Of a stretch of 64,000 nt of DNA, positions 49,171 to 61,094 are shown one piece after another (position 1 is the first letter of the stretch; each line of letters begins with the position of its first letter). Both the position numbers and the translations under genes were made by a program. Origin of the DNA: Botryllus schlosseri (taxonomy: Eukaryota); the NCBI GenBank assembly GCA_051294905.1, contig CM119371.1, positions 20,896,001 through 20,960,000 of the forward strand, in the 5' to 3' direction. The notes beneath the pieces were generated by a model that searched no databases, was not told where the DNA came from, and was given only the letters and a program-made list of their open reading frames with translations.

Positions 49171-50580
49171 ATTTATATCCAGCGGAGTGAAAATTCGGGT
49201 TCTATACTGTCTACACATATTACCTCAAAACAAGTTGTATATTAGTCATCAGCTATATAGGGCTGGGCAAAATCGAGTACCAGGGTAATTCGATTCTTAA
49301 TCGTGTATTTGATTCGAATCATTGGAAGTAGAAATAATTTTAAGACTTGAATGATTGTACCCAGTAGCAACATTACAATCGGAGGGACTCGTTTGTTATG
49401 TTACAATAGCCATATTCAATCAAGATTGATTCTAACGCCTGCTTGACTTTTTGCATTAGATAGCGATGCGTATTTTATATCAATTTCAGAAATAGATTGT
49501 TTGAGCAAGCACATCTCGCTGACTATAGTACGCTACAATTGAAGCTGTAACAGCATGGGGTAGTTATCGGTATCTGCTAAAAATGCTTATTGGTCACGCT
49601 CTAGTTATAATGCTTGATTGTTTCATAAAACTGGTCCCAATAGAAAGCTAATTTCGACCAATTATATTAAATAATATCGCCTGGGTCACCAAGTTATAGG
49701 TCTACCAATCACGTTGCTTTTTTCCTGTGCAGCACTTCCCTGTGTATGTAGGCTAAGCGTGGCGACTGGTGTTGCACCTATATCCGTATAGGTTAGTAAG
49801 CTAAAGTGAAATGTTCGTTAGATAACCGCGTGCATTCATCGCACCGCGACATACGACTCGTGACTTTTGATGCAATTTCGACGCAAATCTTTGTTCAGTG
49901 GTAGTATCAATTCCATAATCCCTTTTCGCGCCTGTAGCTACTATAATCTTCGTGTTAAGTATTCGTGAATATCTGAAATGTACGCTTCGGTGCCTTTTCT
50001 TTACATATCAAACATTTGCAATAATGATTTATACGAGGCACGGCTGAATTTGATTCTTGAGGTTAAGGTATTAGAATGATCAGAGTCATGAGTTGAATTG
50101 AGTCGGACTCAAGTATACCCCTTTCTTTAGGAATTGACTCGATTCGCTTGGCGAAGATTACTGGACTTGACGTGAAATGTGGATTGACTCGAAGCAAAAT
50201 TTTCGAGTCATCTTCTAATCATCAAGTAATCGGTGTCGACTATAAATCGCTGAACCTTTTCTATGTTCGAAATGTTCTCGATACATTTTTGCGACTTGTG
50301 TGAGCTGCCTGTCATTTAATGATTGTGCATTTTACCGAGCTTCCACTTCAATAACTTACTTCAAATTGACTCGATTTGTGACTTGACTGGTGACATGTCT
50401 AGACTTAACTCGGGTCAACTTCTAAATTCGACTGACATGACATGACTGGAGTCAAAATGAAATGACTCGTGATGACTTGTAACAAGAAGGTAGTGACTTG
50501 TTCCCAGCACTGCTGTTAATCATGTCATTTTATCATTGTAATGACGTTTGATCATAATGTTTTATTGTAATGATATTAAG

Positions 50581-50736
50581 ATGGTGATCATCCTTATGGA
50601 CACGCAAGGGATATTTGGTGGGAAGTCACAGAAAAGAGATGACACTTTCTTGTTAACGCTCACAACGCTAATGAGCTCAGTACAAATATGCAATACTTCA
50701 AGGGATGTTAATATGGCTCTATTTGGTGCATTGGAC
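50581..50736 (+). CDS. Atlastin/GBP-like GTPase, exon with G3 (DTQG)
   Basis: ttaag|ATG...GAC|gtaagt, 156 nt, phase 0-0. Encodes VIILMDTQGIFGGKSQKRDDTFLLTLTTLMSSVQICN (cf. atlastin LLMDTQG.FD..S...D.ATVFALSTM.SS.Q.YN). Confidence 0.92.
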
Positions 50737-51635
50737 GTAAGTCACATATCTTCATCGGTCGATATTTACAACCTTGCCTTTTACCAATGAAAAGCATATT
50801 CAAAATTTACTGATTTTTGTTTTCCTTGGTAAGTGCATGAGGAACTAGGTGTGAATTTTCTACTTCAATATGACTATAATGGAGTTGATTGTGTTTCCTA
50901 CAATGTAGTAACTATATACCAGCTAGCTGTTACAGGAATGATCGACAATATTTTTCCTCAATGATATATAGCGATTGCTTTATATAGACAAGGTCAAATG
51001 TCGACCACGCCAACAACTCAGAAAGCATAACATGATTCCATTCAGTAACATCTCGCTGAAGCATGGAGGTTTAATTATGTAGTCAGATGCGTTCTTTTCA
51101 TACGCCTCGGTTTAACAGAACTATTATCTAGTAGTACTAGTACTAAGTACGAGGAAGTCGTTATGCTTCGTCAAACTCTGGCTGTGGAGTCAGAATTGTT
51201 GCAGCCACGTAATACAAAAAAGTTCGCGTCTTTATTGTTCTCCGCATCTTCGTTATTGTCATTATTTCGTTTTGCATCAGTCCCACCCTTTGTTACACCC
51301 TCTTTTTAAACATTTAATTATCCCTTTCACAGTCTTCACCTCTTTCATCCGCCTGCATCAGCATTCTTTCCATCTCTCGGGTAAAATAGTCCGAAAACAC
51401 CCAATCTCAGATATAATACCAAAATCCAAATTCTACAACTTTCCTCCGAGTAGCTCTACAGGGGCTGTTACTGGGATATGAACCTATATAAATATATACA
51501 TAGTATATATATCAAGGTATTTATTGCGTGAAACTTGATTTCACAAGTTTCAACCAAAAGAGCATATTCCTGGCCAGATCGATATGTAAGGTCGTGGTCC
51601 CGTAATCCCGGAGGCCGACTAGTATTCATTTAAAT

Positions 51636-52413
51636 CAGTGACTCCATACCGCGGCTCCGAGAACCGCATGCGGCACCCAGCTAGCCTTCTTGTGGCTCCC
51701 ATTGACATTTGAAAATCCCACTGATAATTAACATATCAATTTATAACAAAAAGACAAAGTCACATTCAAAAATTACCCTTGCTTGGCTTGGAGTCCGGAG
51801 TTTATAATGAAGGGTGGAGATCAATTTCTTTGACTCATGCCAAAAAGTATACTCACTCTCAAATGCGTTCGGAATGGCACTCGAATTTAAATCAGCTCAC
51901 CACCAGACATAAGGGCAGGTGGTGTTACAACACATTTTCCAAAAATATATGACACATCGAACCAATGGATCATTTGATGCATACAACAGGCTTATCAGCA
52001 ACTATATTGATGAGTTCGACCGCCGCATTGACGGAATGAATGCTTTCAACTTGATAACCAATGCCCAGAAAAACGATTCTCTATTCTAGTCAACATATGT
52101 TTGTGAACCACTTTTCAGCGAAATAGTCAGAATAAAAAATCAATATCGCAATCGATTTATCGATGACCACCTCAAGCTGCAATTCTCCACAATTACGATT
52201 CGCTTTGGCACGATTCTTGAAGCTCAAAGCCAATGCCAAGTTGGTTAATAAATTGATTTGTGTATTTTTTCATATTAGTGTTGCAATTCGTTGGTACATG
52301 TTTCCATTCTTTATAATTTTCGTTGTACCTAATGAGTGTATTCGTGCGGCTCCAAATGTTCTCTGAAATTTGAAATGCGGCACCGACACAAAAAAAACGT
52401 TTGGGGTTCACTG
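51636..52413. mobile_element. Buster/Charlie-type hAT derivative with a transposase C-terminal remnant (52090-52248, +)
   Basis: Ends CAGTGACTCC / GGGGTTCACTG. TSD ATTTAAAT / ATTTAGAT. Peptide STYVCEPLFSEIVRIKNQYRNRFIDDHL...QCQ. A related empty site lies at ~61140-61220 and an inverted relative at ~40130-40531. Confidence 0.8.
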
Positions 52414-53848
52414 ATTTAGATCTCGAAGAAATTGCTTGTATTTTGACTTTCATTTCATTTTGACTTTCATCGAAGTTCATGAGTTTACGAAGCCCATACG
52501 CACATACACCCCAAGATCTGTCAATCAACTGATTTTAAACTATGTATCTGAGTGTAACACGTTATCCACGTAAGCTATGTCTTAAAAAGCCTAGAAGTGG
52601 GTCGTGTGACAAGTTGGTAAAAACAGAATCATGATAAAGCTATCGAAGCAGACGTAATTTTAGCAGTAAACAGCAGTACCATCTGCTGTTTAGTCGACAG
52701 CAAAATAAGCTGTGGGGAAGGCAGCATTTAGTGCGTACTGAAAAAGGGCGAAGTGCAGTCGACACTTGGGTTAAAAAGTAGTAAAGCTATAAATCATTGA
52801 TAAATTTATCTAAAGCATATTGTACATATAGCTTTAGCTACTAATTAGGCTAAATCTGCTCAGTCAAAATAAGCAGGCGTAAAAACGTTTTCCGTGACGA
52901 TTATGGGAGAGAATTCAAAAGTATAAAACGTGGTGAAAAAGTTTGGTCACCCTATGGGAGGGGGAGGCTAGACCAACGTTTTCCGGGGGTGTTATTTTGG
53001 CCCAGAGGAAAGGTAAACCTAGACCTGAACAGTCTAATTGTCCACGAAGCACTTTCTAAAAACAAGGAGTGGGTGGAGCAGGTTATTTCTGGCAAAAAAT
53101 ATGGGGTGTGATATGCCACGGCTCGTATAAATAGGCTACAACGTATGTACAAAAACGCCTTTTAAGTCTAAACATATTTTTTAACTGTCCTTATTTTTGG
53201 GTCCATGTCGCTGGCAACCCTGCTTACAAGGCTACATCGGCTCCTACCCATATCCAGCGGCATACGCACATCATGGTATGCAAATAAACATATCGTGCGA
53301 ATGTATATCTATGAGTCGGAGACTCGGTGCATATGCCGCAAAAACATCAAGGACAAAAATGCATAACGTTCTTTACTATATCTGAGGTGGTTGCAGTGTA
53401 AGATCCTAAAAACACAAAACTGCGGCGGCTAATAGTATCAGGCTGATTTCTATCTTAGGCAATACTTACCGCTGTGATTCATTTTATTCCGCAATGGAAT
53501 TTGTGAAATCAAAGCATCGTTCAGTTTTGACAAGCCAGCATTTACGGGACTGCTCAGCACTTCTTTGGCATCAAACCAGCTTGATTTTAAATATCTTGTA
53601 AACCAGGTGGAGACTCACAGTAACACCGCACAATACTAAAGTTCATTCAACAGCCTACATTTCATTGTGACGCAATACACACGCATTTTTGGATATTTCT
53701 GTTGTGACTATTTTAACACTAGAAGTTGGTCTACCAATAGGCTTTTTTGACGCATTTTCAATTTTGAACAGCTTACTTTCAGTCAAATCTTATGCTGTTC
53801 TCTGAACTTTAGTCGGACTAACCTAATTTTTCATATCGGCTTACTGTA

Positions 53849-54221
53849 TAGGGTTACCATATTTTGGAATTGAGAAAGGAGAAATTCCTGAGAAAAATCT
53901 AGAGAAAATGGTAAATTTTTCTCACTTGATTAAAAAAAGTCAGCTTTCTCGCAACAGCGCCCAAAATACAGTTCCTTCCTTTAAGTAGTTGATTAAAAAA
54001 AAGTCATTTTTCCGGCTCGCCTCCCAAAATGCCCGCCGGAGCTTTACTTCGGTGCTGATTTACGGTATCTCACTCCAATTTCGCACTGAATTTGACCGAA
54101 ATTCTCAAGAAAGAGGACAAAATCTCAAAAAGGGAGACATTTGGGCGTCCTCGGAGGACATTTTCTAAAACCCGAAAAAGGGAGAACAAATCCCCATAAA
54201 GGAGGACGTATGGTAACCCTA
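53849..54221. mobile_element. hAT MITE
   Basis: TIR TAGGGTTACCATA / TATGGTAACCCTA. Degenerate TSD TTACTGTA / CTACTATA. Confidence 0.75.
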
Positions 54222-54872
54222 CTACTATACGCACCGAAGTCGCGAATTGTCATGTTATGAATAGCTACTCGGATTCGTGATGGTCGCGGGAATCACTTAC
54301 GTCAATAATTATAGTTTGTGTCACATACTACGATAAAATATGTATTCTTTCTCAGTCCATGTCATCAGATTCGCCGGTAAAGTAGATGGACGGCATGTTA
54401 TGGCATGTTATAAATGATGATTCATCTTTGGGTGGGCAAATTTTTATTAGTGACTTTGTTTCATGCTGGTAATTCTCGACCTCTGAGCAGGATTTTCGGT
54501 ATAGTGGAATCGTCCGAACGTACCCGACGAATTTTATTTCGTGATGCGCACACGATTCTAGACGCATCATTCTCCTCTGCTGTTCGCATCTGTGCTGTGG
54601 GGATCAGATTACAAAGAGCGCTAACACATTAAAATCGAAAAATGATGCCGCATAGAATCGCGACTGGTGCGAACAAAATTTCAAGATTAAATAAAATCAC
54701 TCAAAAATTCGACTGCCACCAACACAATACTATAGTTGAGTTAGGTTTGACCGCCGTTTATATTTCTTTCTACGGCTTCAGGTTGGCCACGCCTGACAAA
54801 AGATATCCATTTTTTATATCTCTTAATCATAAATGGAAAGCGAAATGACAAAACCATATCCCCATTTGTCAT

Positions 54873-55031
54873 TGTTGTTGTTGTTGTTGTTGTTTATTTA
54901 ACAAAAAAATTGGCGCTTATCGCCTAACGGCCTTCTACACCACGGTCATTGAGCAATGAGCATAGTACACAAATAAAGGAGATAACACGAAATAATGATC
55001 AATAGTACAATGAAGTAGAATCCATCTGGTG
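54873..55031 (-). mobile_element. Short retroposon 3' end with AATAAA-(AAC)n tail and 13-bp TSD
   Basis: Direct repeat CCCCATTTGTCAT at 54860-54872 and 55032-55044. (TTG)n plus tttattt at the left end on the + strand. Confidence 0.8.
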
Positions 55032-55726
55032 CCCCATTTGTCATATATCAAGACTTATAACCATAAACAATATTTTTCTGCCATTATCATGACTTCAAGC
55101 CTGAATTACCAAGTATACATTAAGTCGAGATTCGCTGGCAGGAAGGCCGCATGAAATACCACCATGAATTCGTGACTGATAGTGGTCAGCGAGCATAACA
55201 CCGCAACATAATGAGTTATTTACCAACTGAATAAAAGTAGCAATACTATAGCCTACCTCATATTATAAGATTGTCAAAGAGGCAGCTAGACATGACTAGG
55301 TCGCCATTGCAATCAAACACAGTCGTTTCTGTAGTATTAGCTAATGACAGCATGAATTTAAAATAAATCAAATGCAGTGACTAGCCCAAAATACTTGCCA
55401 CAAAATTTAAGTCACCTAATATACAGAGAAGCGCAATCGCCAATACACAGTGGTATCTGAGTAATGAGCATTATGGTTTCAAAACGGGGGTATAGTCTGG
55501 TTGAAATGGAACCAATCGCCGATGTTTGTTTTGTGAGCGTCGGCCTCCTCGATCTACCAAGTGTTTTTTACCAGATGCGGCCGCTAGTTACGGTAGGTCC
55601 CAATCGGATATTCATGCATGATCACACATGTGGCCGAGGGTGACAGGTTACCAACCCCATGGGTCATACCAATCGATAATTTGATGGTTGCTTTAAAGAA
55701 ACTTACATTTCCCGATTATCGTTCAG

Positions 55727-55777
55727 ACCGCTATTAGCTACGGTGAATTGGCAGCCAATGAAGACAGATTCTTGAAA
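55727..55777 (+). CDS. Atlastin/GBP-like GTPase, 51-nt exon
   Basis: ttcag|ACC...AAA|gtaaga, phase 0-0. Encodes TAISYGELAANEDRFLK (cf. atlastin LFTEYGRLAMEE.F.K). Absent from the ORF track. Confidence 0.8.
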
Positions 55778-55842
55778 GTAAGAATTCTAAATGGAAATCG
55801 TTATTTTGTTAAATAAAATTTATTTTCAATTACTTTTTCAAG

Positions 55843-56056
55843 CTCCAAGATCTATTCTTTCTCCTGAGAGACCAGAAGAAGAATCGCAGAATATTTTTCG
55901 ATCATTTAATGATGAATGAGGAATTGTCAGACGAAAATAAAGTTATTCGTGACAAAATAAGGAAAACCTTTACGCGTGTGGATCTTTTTTGTTTACCGCC
56001 ACCAGGAGATGCTGTTGAAGATCTGACTCAGCATATGATTGACATCAAGATGGAAG
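55843..56056 (+). CDS. Atlastin/GBP-like GTPase, exon with G4 (RD motif)
   Basis: ttcaag|CTC...GAAG|gtacta, 214 nt, phase 0-1. Encodes LQDLFFLLRDQ...VIRDKIRKTFTRVDLFCLPPPGDAV (cf. FQ.L.FLVRDW...VRKHI.SCF..I.CFLLPHPG..V). Confidence 0.88.
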
Positions 56057-57264
56057 GTACTATTAATTCAACATTTTGCTGCTATTATCATTCATGATAT
56101 TCAGTTGATGCTGGGAGAAATGAACATCTGCCCTGAGAAAACCATAATATTCAAAAGTGTAATATTTTTTTCGAAATTCCGTCGCGTATCGATTTCGCGC
56201 GAAGTTCTCGATCAAAGTCGAAATTCACGAAACGGATGGATCGCAGATCTCTACCAATTTCTAGATCAGCATTGATTGCTATAAACTCCTTGGCAAGTCA
56301 TTAAATTTATGTTTGAAATGTATCGAGCCGTGTATGACTCTTTGGGTTTTGAAGAGTATGTTGAGCGCTGACACTTAGGAAACCGATATATTCTGATTTT
56401 CAAAATGACACGACAATACACCATAAAAAGTATTGTAATACAAAGAAAATCTAGGAACTAGGCTACTACTAAATTCAATGACACTGAAGAATGATGCAAA
56501 GGAAGTTATTGCTTTAGAGATATAGGCCTATCTTGTGCAATGGAGTGCATGCGATTGAATCAAAAGACATTGTCGATTCGACTGAGATGCTGAATATTTG
56601 GTTCGATTCAAATCAATATAATCGATCGGAATTTATATCACAACGTTATATACCCCCTCTGAATGATTTCCCAAACAATTTGCACAATAAGCAGCTATAC
56701 AATCTCGCGTGATGAAATAATAAAATTAATATTCATGAATCCCATATCATACAATCACGCTGCTAACAGCAGCGAAAAGATAGTATAACTTTGCCTGGAG
56801 CTGAAATTTTTCCCCGCGTGGCACTGGCATGAAAAAGTAGCACTTACAATGGAATATTAATCTGTTTTTGTCGATCTAAGGGAGTTATTTGTTCAGGTGT
56901 CTTTGATTTTGAGATTTTTGAAGCCGTCGTCGTCGCGGTAAGGGCGTCGTCTTATGTAGGGGCAATCCCACCAATGATGGCCTACGGGGAAGACATTTTG
57001 TCGTTAAGCATTGGGATTCTTACCTAACCAAATTCCGATTCCATATATTTGGCCACAAGAATTCCAACTGGATCCACTACAGAAAGTATAGACTGCGCCT
57101 TAAAATGGGCAGTTTATTTTCTGTTTCGCTGCCTTCGGCAGGTCAACACGGTCGAAACATTTTTGAACGCCTTAGGCACCCATAACTTACGTAGGTGGTA
57201 AGCGAGCACTACATAAAACCTCGAAATAATACGTGAGTGGAAAAAAGGTTGGGAACCACTAGAT

Positions 57265-58584
57265 CAGTGGCTCTCAACCTTTCGGACCGTCACGGACCCC
57301 GCGGACCTCCACAAAGTTTTAGTTCAAATTTAACTCAATGATCGTGCAAACGTCATTTGTCTGGTGCAAATGATAACTATAGTCAACTCAATTTCTACAC
57401 GGATAGTATGATGTTATTATCAAGAATAGTCATTTTGTTGCTGAATATCACTAAGATCATACTATGTATGTAGAAATTGTGTTGACTTCTATTATTTCAA
57501 ATCGAATTCTGCAATTGCATTTCTTGAAATATGTGGTCGTGTCTTGAAAATCCGCGCCTTCGTTAGGATATTAACGAGGGCCGAAAATCCATTTCAACAA
57601 GTACAGGTGTTGTCGAATGTAATAATGAAGCGTAACGCTCCCGACGACACATTTGGGTATGATCGCAGCAAATATGGCACCAAAATTGACAATTCTTCAT
57701 CAATGAACATGTAACACAGAACCGGGCAACACATACGGCCCGCCATTGGATTTTGAGTCGCCGCAGACAGTCTCCGGTCTTTCATGATAATGTGACCCGC
57801 GGGTCTACATACATTTGCGGGCAAACATTTTTGACCATAAACATTAACAATCTAGCTGTGACGTTCACTTGCATTCTTTCCCAAGGGTTTCTACGGCTGA
57901 CAAATGAAGCCAGAGTTTAAGGAACTTGTTGACAAATTTGATTACCACATATGTCTCATTGACTTCAACAGCTATTCAATTACAGTACGAGTAATCCAAT
58001 AGTGTAAATACTGTTTTTGGTCTCTACTTTAAACTTTAAGGTTATAATAGATACGATTTATTCTTCGTATAGGTGGATACATAGGCGAATTATGTATCAA
58101 TTCAAGAGTCTGGCCCGCCAAGTATCTAATTTTCCCATATTAGGCCTGCCGACTGGAGAAATTGCCGCCCTTGGTAGTACGTCAATCCTGGTAATTTCTA
58201 CCGAGCAGCTTATCTTGAAGTTATAATAGAAAATGGTTGTATATATCACAGGAGAAAAGGAATTTTGTAAACATTTCGAAGTCACTGTGCGTGACCTACT
58301 CATCCAACTTTTTTTTCCGCAATCCCTAACAAAACATCTCCAAACAGGAAAGTGTTTGTATACGTAAGCTGTCGGCGATTCAGCAATAAAGACGAGTCTG
58401 CTAAGAAGGATATTTCACCTCAGACTGCCATTCTGTTGTTCTGAGCTCTGGTGTTTTACTAGTAATGAAGCAAAACTGCCTGGTGATTTTCCGAATAAAA
58501 AAAAAACAAATTAGCTTATCAACTATTTTGAGGCTACGCGGACCCCCTGAAAATGCTTCGCGGAACCCCGGTTGAGAACCACTG
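57265..58584. mobile_element. Buster/Charlie-type hAT MITE inserted at the end of another MITE
   Basis: TIR CAGTGGCTCTCAACC / GGTTGAGAACCACTG. TSD CACTAGAT at 57257-57264 and 58585-58592. Internal similarity to 37820-38330 and, inverted, to 37040-37240. Confidence 0.9.
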
Positions 58585-58900
58585 CACTAGATTAAGAGAA
58601 TGAGTTCAGTGCTAACATAATTCAGGTGCTTACATGCAATATCTTGTCAATTAGAAGGGCATCTTTGAACTCGATATATTCTCCCGCAGTTACTAGTTAT
58701 AACTGCCAGCGAGAGAGAATAATGATAATCGCCTGGCCACCATGAGATGATTCTTGAAATTTCTATTCCTCATAACTAGTTTGATTCATACGACACGAAA
58801 AAGGAATCGATTTTATTACGGATTTCTTGATCCCCATACCTACCTATGGCAACTCATATATCACGGGAAAAAAGTTAATTGACACATTGTTACATCGTAG

Positions 58901-59100
58901 TAATTCGAAAAGAGTTTCGGGAGGCCGTTCAAGCATTTCTGACGTCGACTATCAGTCCCCTTGAAAGATTGAAGCCGAAACTTAACAATGGCGAGAATCC
59001 AATTAAATTGAGAGATCTGTTGAAGCTGTTGATACTCTGTGACGATATGTTTAAGAAGATCAAGATTGGTGGACATATTGATCCAGGAAAGATCATGGAG
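58901..59100 (+). CDS. Atlastin/GBP-like GTPase, exon at the end of the GTPase domain
   Basis: cgtag|TA...GAG|gtaagg, 200 nt, phase 1-0, consistent with the upstream donor. Encodes IRKEFREAV...ISPLERLKPKLNNGENPIKLRDLL...IDPGKIME (cf. I..EF...L...L.P..L..K.ING..IT.R.L...P.PKSML). Confidence 0.85.
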
Positions 59101-60090
59101 GTAAGGAGGAGGGATTGAAGGGTGTAAAGTATTGGATAACTTTATATATTGCCATAAATATGTTGTGAGCACATTCATTTTTGATGACAAACGCAATGCA
59201 TGAGGCAGTAAACTAAAACGTCTTTGGTGCAGGGTGATATTCCAACTTCTCTATTGTTGTCTACTCGGATCTTTTGTAACGTCGCCGTGTTGAAGCGTTT
59301 ATGGACGACTGTCTTCAATCACTTGAGAATCAGTCATATTTCTGAAATAGGCGCAATGAATGAAATCAGCATGGCGTTATTTGCATAATGATGTTAGTAG
59401 AGTTGGCACAGTTTTCGGCGGTAGCCATACTATGAATCTATGACAACTACAAAAACTTTGGGAATTCGACGCCACGGTGACAAAATTAGCAGTTGATATC
59501 ACTGGAGAATTTCATCTCGCTGAAACAATTGTGTCAAATATAAACATAACGAGACATCGATATTTTGCTAATTTTGAATGCCTTTTATCCGATAATATTC
59601 TCAGTAAAACGATGGCAATTAAATTCGAAAAATGATGAAATAAGATTTAACTATATGAATTGAGGAGAACGGTCAATTTGGTTTCACGGTGTTGAGTCGA
59701 TTGCATTATATTCACCAGCTGCTTGTTGGCAAGGGTGCATAAATTCCGGCCGGCGTACCGCATGAGCACTGCGTCCACATTTCACAAGCCACAAGCCTCA
59801 AGAAACGTTATAAAAATATTCGCAATATGTGTAATAACAATTTATTTGTTGCGGCAACTTGATTAAACCTGAAGTAATATATATTCGAGATGATATTGAT
59901 AAGGTATCAGTATCAGTTCAATAATAATTTCATCATTTCGAAACACCACAAAACTGCGATGCAATGAAAAGATAGGAAGATGTTGAAACGACTTCGAGTA
60001 GTCATTGAAATCAGACACCAACCTTGGCCCAGGATAAGTAGAGAAGAGGCATGCACACTGACTGAAAAGTAAAGCAGAGAATATAAAAGG

Positions 60091-61094
60091 TAGGGATGGT
60101 GTGAACGTGAGGTTCACGTTCGCGTTCTGTGTGTGAACCTCCGAAATTTAGAGGTTCACGTTCACAAACGAACCTTGGTAGGTTCTGCACTGTGAACCTT
60201 TTTCAAATATTACAATTTTACACTTCATTATGACATCTTTGGTTAAAATTTATTGCATTTCAACTGCGGGCCACTCTGTGCATGGCGCTAGCAGCATACA
60301 AAAACAACACTTAACGAGCATGCACCTTGTCAATCTAGAAGATTTTACTTGCTTTGTTACAAAAGTTTGCTCGAAATAGACAGCTTTCCGTTTGTGAAGA
60401 TTTAGTTACTCTCTGCTGTGAGCTTGACCCGCAATCACACAACACCAGGAGTGAAATCCATTACGTGTGGGTAATCAGCGAATGATGCTTATTCAACCAA
60501 TCAATGATATTGATATCGTTGTCTGATGTAAAAAAAATGTAGCTGGCGCACAGGGTCAATCTTGATTTCATATGTTTATTGTATATCATAAAAACCAAAT
60601 CCGTGCGATTGGGTGTTAGCTAGCCTATACTGGTGTATAACTTGTTAATGGGGTAATTTGGGTAGCAAATATAGAAACCCGTTATACACTTTGCTCAATA
60701 TCAACTTAGCAATACTCGCTCGCCGAATAAATTGTCAGGCCTGGCCTACACGTAAGCTTATATTCCCTTGTAAGTCCGCGTCGAAATTGTTGGCAGAGCG
60801 ACGGAAGATATTGACTTCATGGGATTATAATATCATTTAATTGCCCTAGTTGATACATTTGGCGACGTCTAAAACGTCAATATGCACCTCAGCATTGTGG
60901 CATTATGTGGTCCGAGTCGTCGTTAGGTATCGTGTACATTGTTATAGGCTATCGCTTCACTGAAATGTAGGGTCGGAATTAGCAATATGACGTCACGTGA
61001 CGTCATGAGGTTCACGTTCGCGTTCACACAGAACCTTTCACAAAGGGTCGCGTTCACACGAACCTGAACCTTTCAGAGGTTCACACCATCCCTA
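60091..61094. mobile_element. hAT MITE with GTGAAC/GTTCAC motifs
   Basis: TIR TAGGGATGGTGTGAAC / GTTCACACCATCCCTA. TSD ATAAAAGG at 60083-60090 and 61095-61102. Confidence 0.93.
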
